Origin: Candidatus Thorarchaeota archaeon
Lineage (GTDB): Archaea > Asgardarchaeota > Thorarchaeia > Thorarchaeales > Thorarchaeaceae
NCBI GenBank assembly: GCA_003345555.1
Contig: PRDJ01000040.1
Span: forward strand, 1-22,040
DNA length: 22,040 nucleotides
Direction: 5' to 3'
Position 1 is the stretch's first letter; the number at the start of each line of letters is the position of its first letter. The notes below the pieces were generated by a model. It was given only the letters and a program-made list of their open reading frames with translations. It had not been told where the DNA came from and searched no databases. A program made the translations under genes and the position numbers. This document shows, in pieces, positions 1 through 6,732 of this stretch.

Positions 1-331
1 CGATAAGGGTCAGCGTGATTCCTGCGAACACCAGGAGGAGAACTATCTTGATGGCCGCGTAGGCCCCGACGCACTTCCCCGGCTCCTCCCCGCTGCGGAT
101 GTGCATAGAGTGGACGGAGCCGACTCCGAAGTCGGAAAGGAAACTGAGAAGGCCGATGCCAGCGATCGAGAAACCGAGGACGCCCATCACGTCCGGTCCC
201 ATTTCTTGGGCGATGAAAACAAGGGCCATCGTGCTCAGGATCGCCCCGAACACCCCGTTCATGATCGACACGGCGGCCTTCGGGCTCATCAATCGTTCGG
301 GCCCTGTCCCCTCAACGCCCTTTTCGGGCAT
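1..331 (-). CDS. Oligosaccharide flippase / polysaccharide biosynthesis family membrane protein (N-terminal 110 aa; runs off window edge)
   Basis: Hand translation from ATG at 331: MPEKGVEGTGPERLMSPKAAVSIMNGVFGAILSTMALVFIAQEMGPDVMGVLGFSIAGIGLLSFLSDFGVGSVHSMHIRSGEEPGKCVGAYAAIKIVLLLVFAGITLTLI. It has three hydrophobic segments and the 'LSDFG' motif typical of Wzx/MOP-superfamily flippases. A TATA box (TTTATAT, 361->355) lies 30 nt upstream, consistent with a leaderless start. It is absent from the ORF track because it is open at the edge. Confidence 0.75.
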   Translation of the reverse strand, partial: MPEKGVEGTGPERLMSPKAAVSIMNGVFGAILSTMALVFIAQEMGPDVMGVLGFSIAGIGLLSFLSDFGVGSVHSMHIRSGEEPGKCVGAYAAIKIVLLLVFAGITLTLI

Positions 332-342
332 CGTTCCTTAAG

Positions 343-361
343 ATATGGCACGCCATATAAA
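343..361 (-). promoter_or_regulatory. TATA box (361->355) overlapping a perfect 7-2-7 palindrome (343-358), candidate operator of the flippase gene
   Basis: ATATGGC-AC-GCCATAT is a perfect inverted repeat; TTTATAT on the minus strand starts 30 nt before ATG 331. Confidence 0.5.
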
Positions 362-376
362 TCTGCTGGTACGTGG

Positions 377-1501
377 TCAGAGTTCGGCGGCGACGTCTTT
401 CACGATGTCCAGTCCCCGAGATATATTCTCTCGCGAATTGGCATAAGAGAATCTGAGATGCCCTTCACCGAGGCTGCCGAATGCGGAGCCGGGCGCACAT
501 ATCACTCCACGCTCAAGGATGCGCTGCGCGAAGTCCTCGGACGGCATCCTATGATCATATTCCGGGAACAAGTAGAACGCGCCGGAGACCGGGGCAGTGC
601 GGAAGCTCGAGATTTCCGACAGCCTCTTCATCGCTATCTCGCGTCGCATCCTGAATTCGGTCAACACATCGCGCATGAAGCGCTCCTGCACCTTCATGCC
701 TTCGAGGACCGCGTACTGGGTCGCGGTCGGCGGGCAGGCGAGCGTGTAATACTGAACCTTGGCGAGCTGCTTCACGATCTCCTTAGAAGTGGCGACATAG
801 CCAATCCTCCACCCTGTGGCCGCGAGGGATTTGGAGAACGAGTTGACGACGATTGTGTCATCGTGGAACCTCGCTGGGGACCAGTGTTCTCCCTCGTAGA
901 CATAGTCATTGTAGACTTCGTCGGAGAGAATGTAGAGGCTCTTGTCGTCCGCGATCTCACAGATGGCCTTCATCGTATCCCGGGGGAACACCGAACCCGT
1001 CGGATTCGAAGGCGAATTCATGACGATGGCTTTCGTCCGAGGAGTCACCAGCGAGCGGATCTGTTCAGGATCCGGAAGATACCCGTTCTCTAACCTCAAG
1101 GAGTATTCGACCGGCCTACCCCCCGCGAGCCTGACATCAGGGCCATAGATGATGAATCCGGGATTGGGGACGAGCGCCTCGTCTCCCTCGCCGATGATCG
1201 TCTCGCAGGCGATCCGCATGCCTTCCGTCGCGCCCGCAGTCACAATCACGTTCTCGAATGACACGTCTTTCCGGTACCTGCGAAGGTTGTCGGCTATGGC
1301 TAGCCTCAGCTCCATGATGCCTGCGCTCGGACCGTACTTGTTGAACCCCTTGTCAAGCGCGCTCTTCAGAGCGTCGATCATCTCGACTGGGGGCTGGATG
1401 TCCGGCTCCCCCAGCCCGAGATTGATCGCCCCCGGAGGAGCGGCCTCGAACAGCTTCCTGATGCCGGAGACCTTGAGGGAGGCCACTCTTGACGGGAACA
1501 T
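377..1501 (-). CDS. PLP-dependent aminotransferase class I/II (aspartate aminotransferase-like), 374 aa
   Basis: Motifs INLGLGEPD, NSPSNPTG, SDEVY, NSFSKSLAATGWRIGY (PLP lysine) and HLRFSYA. The substrate cannot be determined from sequence. Confidence 0.95.
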   Translation of the reverse strand: MFPSRVASLKVSGIRKLFEAAPPGAINLGLGEPDIQPPVEMIDALKSALDKGFNKYGPSAGIMELRLAIADNLRRYRKDVSFENVIVTAGATEGMRIACETIIGEGDEALVPNPGFIIYGPDVRLAGGRPVEYSLRLENGYLPDPEQIRSLVTPRTKAIVMNSPSNPTGSVFPRDTMKAICEIADDKSLYILSDEVYNDYVYEGEHWSPARFHDDTIVVNSFSKSLAATGWRIGYVATSKEIVKQLAKVQYYTLACPPTATQYAVLEGMKVQERFMRDVLTEFRMRREIAMKRLSEISSFRTAPVSGAFYLFPEYDHRMPSEDFAQRILERGVICAPGSAFGSLGEGHLRFSYANSRENISRGLDIVKDVAAEL

Positions 1502-1513
1502 CGCTTGACATGA

Positions 1514-1547
1514 CGTACATTTCCGTACATTAATCCCTCGAATGTAC
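1514..1547. promoter_or_regulatory. Promoter region of the aminotransferase gene with direct and inverted GTACATT repeats
   Basis: CGTACATT at 1514-1521 and 1524-1531 (10-bp period). GTACATT-N9-AATGTAC (1525-1547) straddles a TATA-like ATTAAT (1529-1534) about 30 nt upstream of ATG 1501. Confidence 0.4.
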
Positions 1548-1572
1548 TCCGTCCCCGAGGCTCAGGATTGTC

Positions 1573-1809
1573 TCAGCCGAGCCTTCCCACTCTCGGTAAC
1601 TTCGTGACCATCTCAGGGCCATGCGGAGCGTCCTTGAGTTCCGAGGTGAGGTCTAGACCTGCAAGATGCGCGTCCTGATGCTTGCCTCGAATCCACTGGA
1701 AACTCTTCGAGACATCGTACACGACTCCTTCGTGCGCCACCCAAGCCGACCCCCTGATCCCATCGTGCTTCCGGAGCTCCTCTTGCGTGATGATCCTGTC
1801 TACCGCCAA
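1573..1809 (-). CDS. Cytochrome b5-like heme/steroid-binding domain protein, 78 aa
   Basis: ITQEELRKHDG...WVAHEGVVYDVS...W..GKH..AH.AG.DLT..L..APHG matches the prokaryotic cyt-b5 pattern with the heme histidines; TTG start. Confidence 0.9.
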   Translation of the reverse strand: MAVDRIITQEELRKHDGIRGSAWVAHEGVVYDVSKSFQWIRGKHQDAHLAGLDLTSELKDAPHGPEMVTKLPRVGRLG

Positions 1810-1829
1810 GCTTCCGACTCTCCCTGAAC

Positions 1830-2159
1830 TCAGTCCGACCTCACCATGACATCCGCGCCTTCGACCTTGACTTCGAAGACCGGTTCGTCACCCGTCTTCA
1901 GCCTCATGCCTATGACCTTTGGTCCCATCAGGTTCTTCCCCGTGGAGACATCGAACTGCGACCCGTGCCTAGGGCAGGTCACGACGGTGCCGTTCAGTGT
2001 GCCGTTGGCGAGGATCCCTTGGCGGTGAGTGCACAGCCCGCCGATGGCGTGGAAGGTTCCGTTCACTTTGGCGATGAGGACCGGCGTCCCATTGAGATCG
2101 ACCTGTCTCATCTTGCCTTCGGGGATATCCGATACCCCGGCCACCCTAATGTAAGGCAT
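1830..2159 (-). CDS. Rieske [2Fe-2S] ferredoxin, 109 aa
   Basis: CTH...CPRH (CxH-Xn-CxxH) ligand motif. Start placed at ATG 2159 (MPYIRVA...), preceded by RBS AGGTGA plus 5 nt, rather than at the ORF-track start 2189. Confidence 0.93.
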   Translation of the reverse strand: MPYIRVAGVSDIPEGKMRQVDLNGTPVLIAKVNGTFHAIGGLCTHRQGILANGTLNGTVVTCPRHGSQFDVSTGKNLMGPKVIGMRLKTGDEPVFEVKVEGADVMVRSD

Positions 2160-2246
2160 TTCCCTCACCTGGTTCGCAAGATAGCTCAAGTTAGATAACG
2201 ATTGTCCCGACAGGGTGAGAGTGTGCGTGAATCATTTGAGCTGCCG

Positions 2247-2876
2247 CTAGGGTTTCTTGGCGCGACCCTTCGCAGAGGACATGCCGGATTTCAGAATGCT
2301 GCGCATCTCCTTATGTGATGCACAGTATTCGTCGAATTCCTTGTCCGACATTGCCAGCATCGTCGCGTACTCGGCCGCCCCCTGCTTGGCAAAGAAGTCG
2401 ACATCATCTAGCCCGCCTGCCTTGTCCATGTACGCCTGCTTGTGAGTTAGGTTCATCATTCTCTGTTCGAGGGCGACGAGCTTCTTGGCGATCTCGTCGC
2501 TGGCACGGACGTCGAATCCTAGCCTAGGAAGCGCGTCGAGGGCCTGCTTGGTCTGCTCTTCCGCCATCACCGCCTTATTCTGTTCGCCGTGCGAGAAATG
2601 GAAGACCTCTGCGGTCGCCCGATAGTACGTTTCGATGAAATGATCGATGCGCTCCTCACGAGCCACCTCCACCATGTCTGCCCCCTTCATCTTCCTGATG
2701 TGATGGTAGATCGCCTGAGGGGTCAGGTTGAGTTCAGACGCGATCTGGCTGACCGTCATCTCCTTGGCCCTCAGCAAGTAGATTATCCGCCTCCGAGTCT
2801 CATCGCCCAGCAACTGGAATGATTCAGGGTCCGTCAGTACTTTCAGTCCTTTCGTCCTATCACCAAGAAAACACAT
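2247..2876 (-). CDS. ArsR/SmtB-family winged-HTH transcriptional regulator with long C-terminal domain (~202-209 aa)
   Basis: DETRRRIIYLLRAKEMTVSQIASELNLTPQAIYHHIRKM..A.MVEV...YY is an archaeal ArsR-type HTH. The start is uncertain: ATG 2876 or near-cognate ACG 2855 (see findings). Confidence 0.9.
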   Translation of the reverse strand: MCFLGDRTKGLKVLTDPESFQLLGDETRRRIIYLLRAKEMTVSQIASELNLTPQAIYHHIRKMKGADMVEVAREERIDHFIETYYRATAEVFHFSHGEQNKAVMAEEQTKQALDALPRLGFDVRASDEIAKKLVALEQRMMNLTHKQAYMDKAGGLDDVDFFAKQGAAEYATMLAMSDKEFDEYCASHKEMRSILKSGMSSAKGRAKKP

Positions 2877-2887
2877 GGTTTTCTAGG

Positions 2888-2928
2888 AATATAAATGCTT
2901 TCCTCATTAAAACAATAGTTTTATTAAG
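2888..2928. promoter_or_regulatory. Divergent promoter region: TATA-like boxes on both strands and a TAAAAC-N4-GTTTTA palindrome
   Basis: Minus-strand TTTATATT at 2895->2888, plus-strand TTTATTAA at 2920-2927, and inverted repeat ATTAAAAC-AATA-GTTTTATT at 2906-2925 (7/8 paired). This is an AT-rich island in a ~60% GC region. Confidence 0.5.
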
Positions 2929-3016
2929 TAATACGCACATTACACTCTTCGGTGGGCGCTGCGGCAGCTACCCCTGAGATGGCGCCGCCGCGAATGCCAG
3001 AGGAAAGGAAGGACTG

Positions 3017-3304
3017 ATGTTAGGGCCGGCATACGCGATTCCAACCCTGAGGAAAAAGACCAACTGCGAACTCGACAGATACGTCAAAGCCGAGTTCAGG
3101 GACAACGAATGTTACTGGTTCAACTGCGCGTCGAACGACGGCAAAGCCGGGCGGAGATCCGACGGCCGACGTTCCCCACTCAACGATCTCTTCGTGCGCA
3201 CCAGGAAAGACCTGCAAGAGGCGAGGGAAGCTCACTCATCCTGCGCCCTGACGCTGAACAGGCTTGCAGAGGAGGACCCGGCTCGGGCCTCCGGACACAA
3301 GTAG
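3017..3304 (+). CDS. Hypothetical protein, 95 aa
   Basis: ATG preceded by a purine-rich RBS-like run (GAGGAAAGGAAGG); protein-like composition (TNCELDRYVKAEF...CYWF); fills the gap divergent from the ArsR gene. Family not recognised. Confidence 0.6.
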   Translation: MLGPAYAIPTLRKKTNCELDRYVKAEFRDNECYWFNCASNDGKAGRRSDGRRSPLNDLFVRTRKDLQEAREAHSSCALTLNRLAEEDPARASGHK

Positions 3305-3312
3305 GTGAGAAG

Positions 3313-3522
3313 CTGGAGATAGCGATACCACGCGATGTCGCGTACGATATCTGCACCGGAATCAGAGAGAAGAAGGCCAAGGCACTCTTCTCCCAATGCT
3401 GGGGGTGCGTCCGATTCTCCAAGGGCGACTTCTCGAGGATGTGTGTGAGCGGAAGCCCGGATTTCCGCGGGTGCAAACTGGTCAACCGAGAATTCGACCT
3501 CCACTCCGGGCCGAACGAGTAG
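3313..3522 (+). CDS. Small Cys-rich hypothetical protein, ~69 aa (probable non-ATG start)
   Basis: LEIAIPRDVAYDICTGIREKKAKALFSQCWGCVRFSKGDFSRMCVSGSPDFRGCKLVNREFDLHSGPNE has 5 Cys including CxxC. RBS GGTGA at 3304-3308 is followed 4 nt later by CTG. The only in-frame ATG (3109) lies deep inside the upstream gene. Confidence 0.65.
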   Translation: MEIAIPRDVAYDICTGIREKKAKALFSQCWGCVRFSKGDFSRMCVSGSPDFRGCKLVNREFDLHSGPNE

Positions 3523-3568
3523 GCTCGCCGAAAGCCCTCAGGCGCCGCGAGGTCGTTCTGACCCCGAC

Positions 3569-4765
3569 TCACTCCTCAATCCTCTTCGTTATCTCTTCGA
3601 ACACGGGGATGTTCTTCTCGGGGAGATACGAACAGAATTTGACCGGATCCACCGCCTCCGGCGGCTTGACCCCTTTGAGCGCGATCTCCTCCCTGGCGAA
3701 CATCTCGACCGCGACGGCCACGGGCATCGCAGTCTGATAGGCAGTGGCGTGTATTCCTGAGAGCTCGTAGGCCTTCTCGTGGGACATGTAGGTCCAGGTT
3801 TTGATGACGGTCTCCTCGCCTTTCATCTTCCCCGCGACCTCAGTCAGCACGCAGCATGTGCCCTTCAACTTCCCCGCGAGATCGTCCGGTCTTGGCATGG
3901 TGGCAATCACGACCTCGATTGGCGCCATCTCCATGCCGCGGATCTTGACGGGCTTGAACGAGAGCAACCCGAGCTTCTTGAGGAACTCGACGTACTCGAC
4001 GAAGGTCTCGTCCAGCGTGATCATGAAATCGCAGCGCTTGATCTTCTTGCCGATGAATCTCGGCACGAGCTCGCTCTCCTCGTGGTCAGTCATGTAGACC
4101 TTCATGGGTCCGATGGGGTCGGGGAACGAGTACACCTCGCTGGTACTGAGGGGAGGGACTCTCTTGTACCGCCCGTTCTCATAGTACAGCGGATCCCTGA
4201 TGCACTCCTCGATCATCGCGTCGGGTGAGAAGTATGTGGCGAACTCGTACCCCTCGAGCTTGCTGTTGTCCGCGTCGCGCACACGAACATAGTCCACGGA
4301 CTCCATCCTGTCCGCCGCTCGTTTGGCGAACAGGTCCGAGGTTCCCGGATCAATGCCCATGGAGCACAGGGCGAATGTGCCGGCATCCTTGAACTTCTTG
4401 TCATATGCCTCTTGGTCCTCGAACATCGGGTGGCCGAACTCTCGGTCGCCCGTCGCCATGTCGATGTAGTTCACGCCCGCCTTGAGGCAGCCTTCCATTA
4501 TCTTGAGATTGAGAGCGGGGATCGTGCCGTTCACCATGATGTCGACATTCTTGGCCAAGCCCGCGACCTCGTCAGGATTGGACCCGTCCGCCTTCGCGAC
4601 CTCGATCTTGTCGCTCTTGGTCCTCTTCCTGACCGCCTCAGGCCCCTTCAGATTCACGTCCGCGAGGACGAGATGCGAAACCAGCTTGCTCTTCACCAGA
4701 TCCTGCGCGACACACTGGCCCACCCCACCGCATCCCAAAATGGCTGCACGTATCTCCTTGGTCAT
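3569..4765 (-). CDS. Saccharopine dehydrogenase-family oxidoreductase (carboxy(nor)spermidine dehydrogenase / lysine 6-dehydrogenase-like), 398 aa
   Basis: Rossmann ILGCGGVG, NYIDMA, MGIDPGTSDLF, FATYFSPDAMIEE, FPDPIG and DHEE motifs. Confidence 0.9.
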   Translation of the reverse strand: MTKEIRAAILGCGGVGQCVAQDLVKSKLVSHLVLADVNLKGPEAVRKRTKSDKIEVAKADGSNPDEVAGLAKNVDIMVNGTIPALNLKIMEGCLKAGVNYIDMATGDREFGHPMFEDQEAYDKKFKDAGTFALCSMGIDPGTSDLFAKRAADRMESVDYVRVRDADNSKLEGYEFATYFSPDAMIEECIRDPLYYENGRYKRVPPLSTSEVYSFPDPIGPMKVYMTDHEESELVPRFIGKKIKRCDFMITLDETFVEYVEFLKKLGLLSFKPVKIRGMEMAPIEVVIATMPRPDDLAGKLKGTCCVLTEVAGKMKGEETVIKTWTYMSHEKAYELSGIHATAYQTAMPVAVAVEMFAREEIALKGVKPPEAVDPVKFCSYLPEKNIPVFEEITKRIEE

Positions 4766-4956
4766 GATTCCCTAACACCTATCTTCTTCAAATCCAGACA
4801 AAAACATCTGGTCGGCGTAGATACGGGGAGTCCCGATATAAGGCTTTCAGGAGGGAGCCAGATACTCCCGACGTTCCCCATTGTACAACTGGGTACATCG
4901 AGGGCGGACAACAGCAAAGCTAATCCGATTTGGGCGCCTCTGGATGGCCCGAAAAC

Positions 4957-6117
4957 ATGAAAGTCGTACAGCTAGGGTGCGGCATCTGCGGACTTGTCTG
5001 CGCTGAACACCTGGCGGGGAACCGGAAGATCGATACTCTAGAGCTGGCCGACGCCCGACTGGAGGGGGCACAGGCCCTCGCGGACCGCCTGAAGAACGAC
5101 AAGGTCAGCGTGAGAAAGATCGACGGGACGAAAGAGAACGAACTCACGAAGCTGCTGAGAGGGAAGGACATTGTCGTGGCGACTATGCCCTGGCGGCTCA
5201 ATAGGCTGGCCATGGAGGTCGCAGCGAGGACTGGAGTCGACTACGTGGATTTCGGAATGCCCTTCGACAGCACGGGACCGGATTTCGACCGATATTCCGA
5301 GATCTGCAGGTCGGCCGGGATATCCGCTCTAGTGGGAATGGGCGAGGAACCTGGAATCTCCGACATACTGGCAATGCACGGCGCGGGCAAGCTTGACCGC
5401 GCGGACGAGGCGCACATCTATGACGGGGACACCGCGACGGTCGATGGACTCGAGTTCTTCTCGTCCTGGTCCCCCGTGGATCTGCTGGACGAGACCAGCG
5501 TTCCTGCTGCGGTATTCAGGAACGGCAAGATCGAGTTCATTCCGCCCCTGAGTGGCAGGGCAGTATATGAGTTCCCAGACCCTGTCGGCCGCCTGCCCGT
5601 GTACAAGACGAATCACGATGAGACCTACTTCATGCCCCTCGGGATCAAGACCTTGAAGCACGCCTCTTTCAACATCTCCATCGACGACGGCTTCGCAGGG
5701 GCTGCCACGACATTCAGAAAATGGGGATTATTGAGCAAGGAGCCTGTCGATGTCAGGGGAACCAAGATCGTTCCTCTGCACGTCGTTGCAGCGCTCCTTC
5801 CGAGGCCGGAGAGCTTCTCTGCGAAGATCAAGGGAGACACCTGCTTCGTGGTCGAAATCCTGGGAGAGAAGAACGGCCAGAAGACGAAGGTCAAGCTGTG
5901 GACGATGATGTCACACAAAGACGCTTTCGCGCTCTGCGGAACCAACGCGGGAGCGTATCTCGTGGGGACCGGAGGGGCGGTTGCGACGGACATGTTGATA
6001 GATGGCGAGGTGACGAAGAAGGGCATCGTCATTCCTGAAGAGCTGAATGTCGAGAGCTTCTTGAGAAGGCTCAAAGAGAAGGCTGTTGCGATTCGTGAGC
6101 AGATCTCTCCAGCGTGA
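4957..6117 (+). CDS. Saccharopine dehydrogenase-family oxidoreductase, second paralogue, 386 aa
   Basis: MKVVQLGCGICG Rossmann start at ATG 4957; DYVDFG, MGEEPGISDIL, FFSSWSPVDLLDE, FPDPVG and NHDE motifs are colinear with the 3569-4765 protein. Confidence 0.9.
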   Translation: MKVVQLGCGICGLVCAEHLAGNRKIDTLELADARLEGAQALADRLKNDKVSVRKIDGTKENELTKLLRGKDIVVATMPWRLNRLAMEVAARTGVDYVDFGMPFDSTGPDFDRYSEICRSAGISALVGMGEEPGISDILAMHGAGKLDRADEAHIYDGDTATVDGLEFFSSWSPVDLLDETSVPAAVFRNGKIEFIPPLSGRAVYEFPDPVGRLPVYKTNHDETYFMPLGIKTLKHASFNISIDDGFAGAATTFRKWGLLSKEPVDVRGTKIVPLHVVAALLPRPESFSAKIKGDTCFVVEILGEKNGQKTKVKLWTMMSHKDAFALCGTNAGAYLVGTGGAVATDMLIDGEVTKKGIVIPEELNVESFLRRLKEKAVAIREQISPA

Positions 6118-6180
6118 AGCATGGAGCATTAGAACCGCCGGCCTGATATACGTCTCAAACTATTCCTGCAAGGCAGTGGT

Positions 6181-6498
6181 GTGATGGCCGCAAAATTCCA
6201 GACGGTGGTTCAGTGCAAGGCGTCCGCGAAGGAGGTCTACGATTTCTTGGCGACAGGCGCGCGTATGAGCATGAAAGTGAAATCGATGGATCCGACTACG
6301 ATGTCGGTCTCCCTCAAGAGCAAGGTCGGGTTTTTCAGCTATGGCGAAATAGTGGACTGCAGGGTGACCCCGACAGAACTGGGTTGCCGAGTGGATCTCG
6401 AAGGCAGGCCGGTGCTGGCCACTAACGTCACCGCCGATGTCCGGGGTACGGTAGAGAAGGTACAAAGCGCATTGATCAGCACCTTCGGGAACCGTTGA
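6181..6498 (+). CDS. Hypothetical protein, ~105 aa
   Basis: Clean ORF with alternating beta-strand-like pattern (GFFSYGEIVDCRV); start GTG 6181 or ATG 6184, with GGTG just upstream. Confidence 0.7.
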   Translation: MMAAKFQTVVQCKASAKEVYDFLATGARMSMKVKSMDPTTMSVSLKSKVGFFSYGEIVDCRVTPTELGCRVDLEGRPVLATNVTADVRGTVEKVQSALISTFGNR

Positions 6499-6506
6499 GG
6501 GGCGCA

Positions 6507-6535
6507 GCACCCTCTATGGTCCTTTCCAAGGGCGC
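6507..6535 (-). repeat. Intergenic hairpin repeat, copy I
   Basis: Minus strand GCGCCCT-TGG-AAAGGA-CCA-TAG-AGGGTGC: 7-bp + 3-bp stem with one G-T pair and loop AAAGGA. Shares AAAGGACCA(TA)GAGGGT with the copy at 19946-19978. Confidence 0.55.
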
Positions 6536-6582
6536 CGACTTGTCCAGAAGAGAATCCATCCAACTCCGATGATGCTGCCACT

Positions 6583-6732
6583 TCATCTACTGTGCCGCTT
6601 GGACGCTATGTCCATCATCTCCTCAAAGGGCATCTTCATTGGGGCACAGAGTCTCTTGAACTTCCTCTTGATCTTCAAGACTTTCAATCTTCTAGCTTTC
6701 ATGGGCTCGGCCTTCCTCTGTTGTGTTTCCAT
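6583..6732 (-). CDS. Putative small basic protein, 49 aa (39 aa from the second ATG at 6702)
   Basis: METQQRKAEPMKARRLKVLKIKRKFKRLCAPMKMPFEEMMDIASKRHSR; AAG/GAG-rich coding-like codons; no clear RBS; no family recognised. Confidence 0.35.
   Translation of the reverse strand: METQQRKAEPMKARRLKVLKIKRKFKRLCAPMKMPFEEMMDIASKRHSR

Noticed and set aside
101-1093. 330-aa plus-strand ORF (and similar long antisense ORFs, e.g. 3779-4228, 4412-4960, 5625-6122, 7371-8129, 12975-13499)
   Set aside because: They lie antisense to genes with clear family motifs, have no recognisable motifs, and are typical shadows of high-GC3 coding sequence.
2941-3016. TPP or fluoride riboswitch look-alike (CTGAGAT...AATGCCAG; GAGATGGC...TGCC)
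   Set aside because: Only ~14 nt separate the two hallmark strings, too short for the P2/P4/P5 elements of TPP; the fluoride riboswitch core (AACCGC/GCTRATGA) is absent.
4881-4898. TTGTACAA/GTACAT in the dehydrogenase divergent spacer as a shared operator with 1514-1547
   Set aside because: Too short to distinguish from chance, and another TTGTACATT occurs at 6936-6944; mentioned only as a weak hint.
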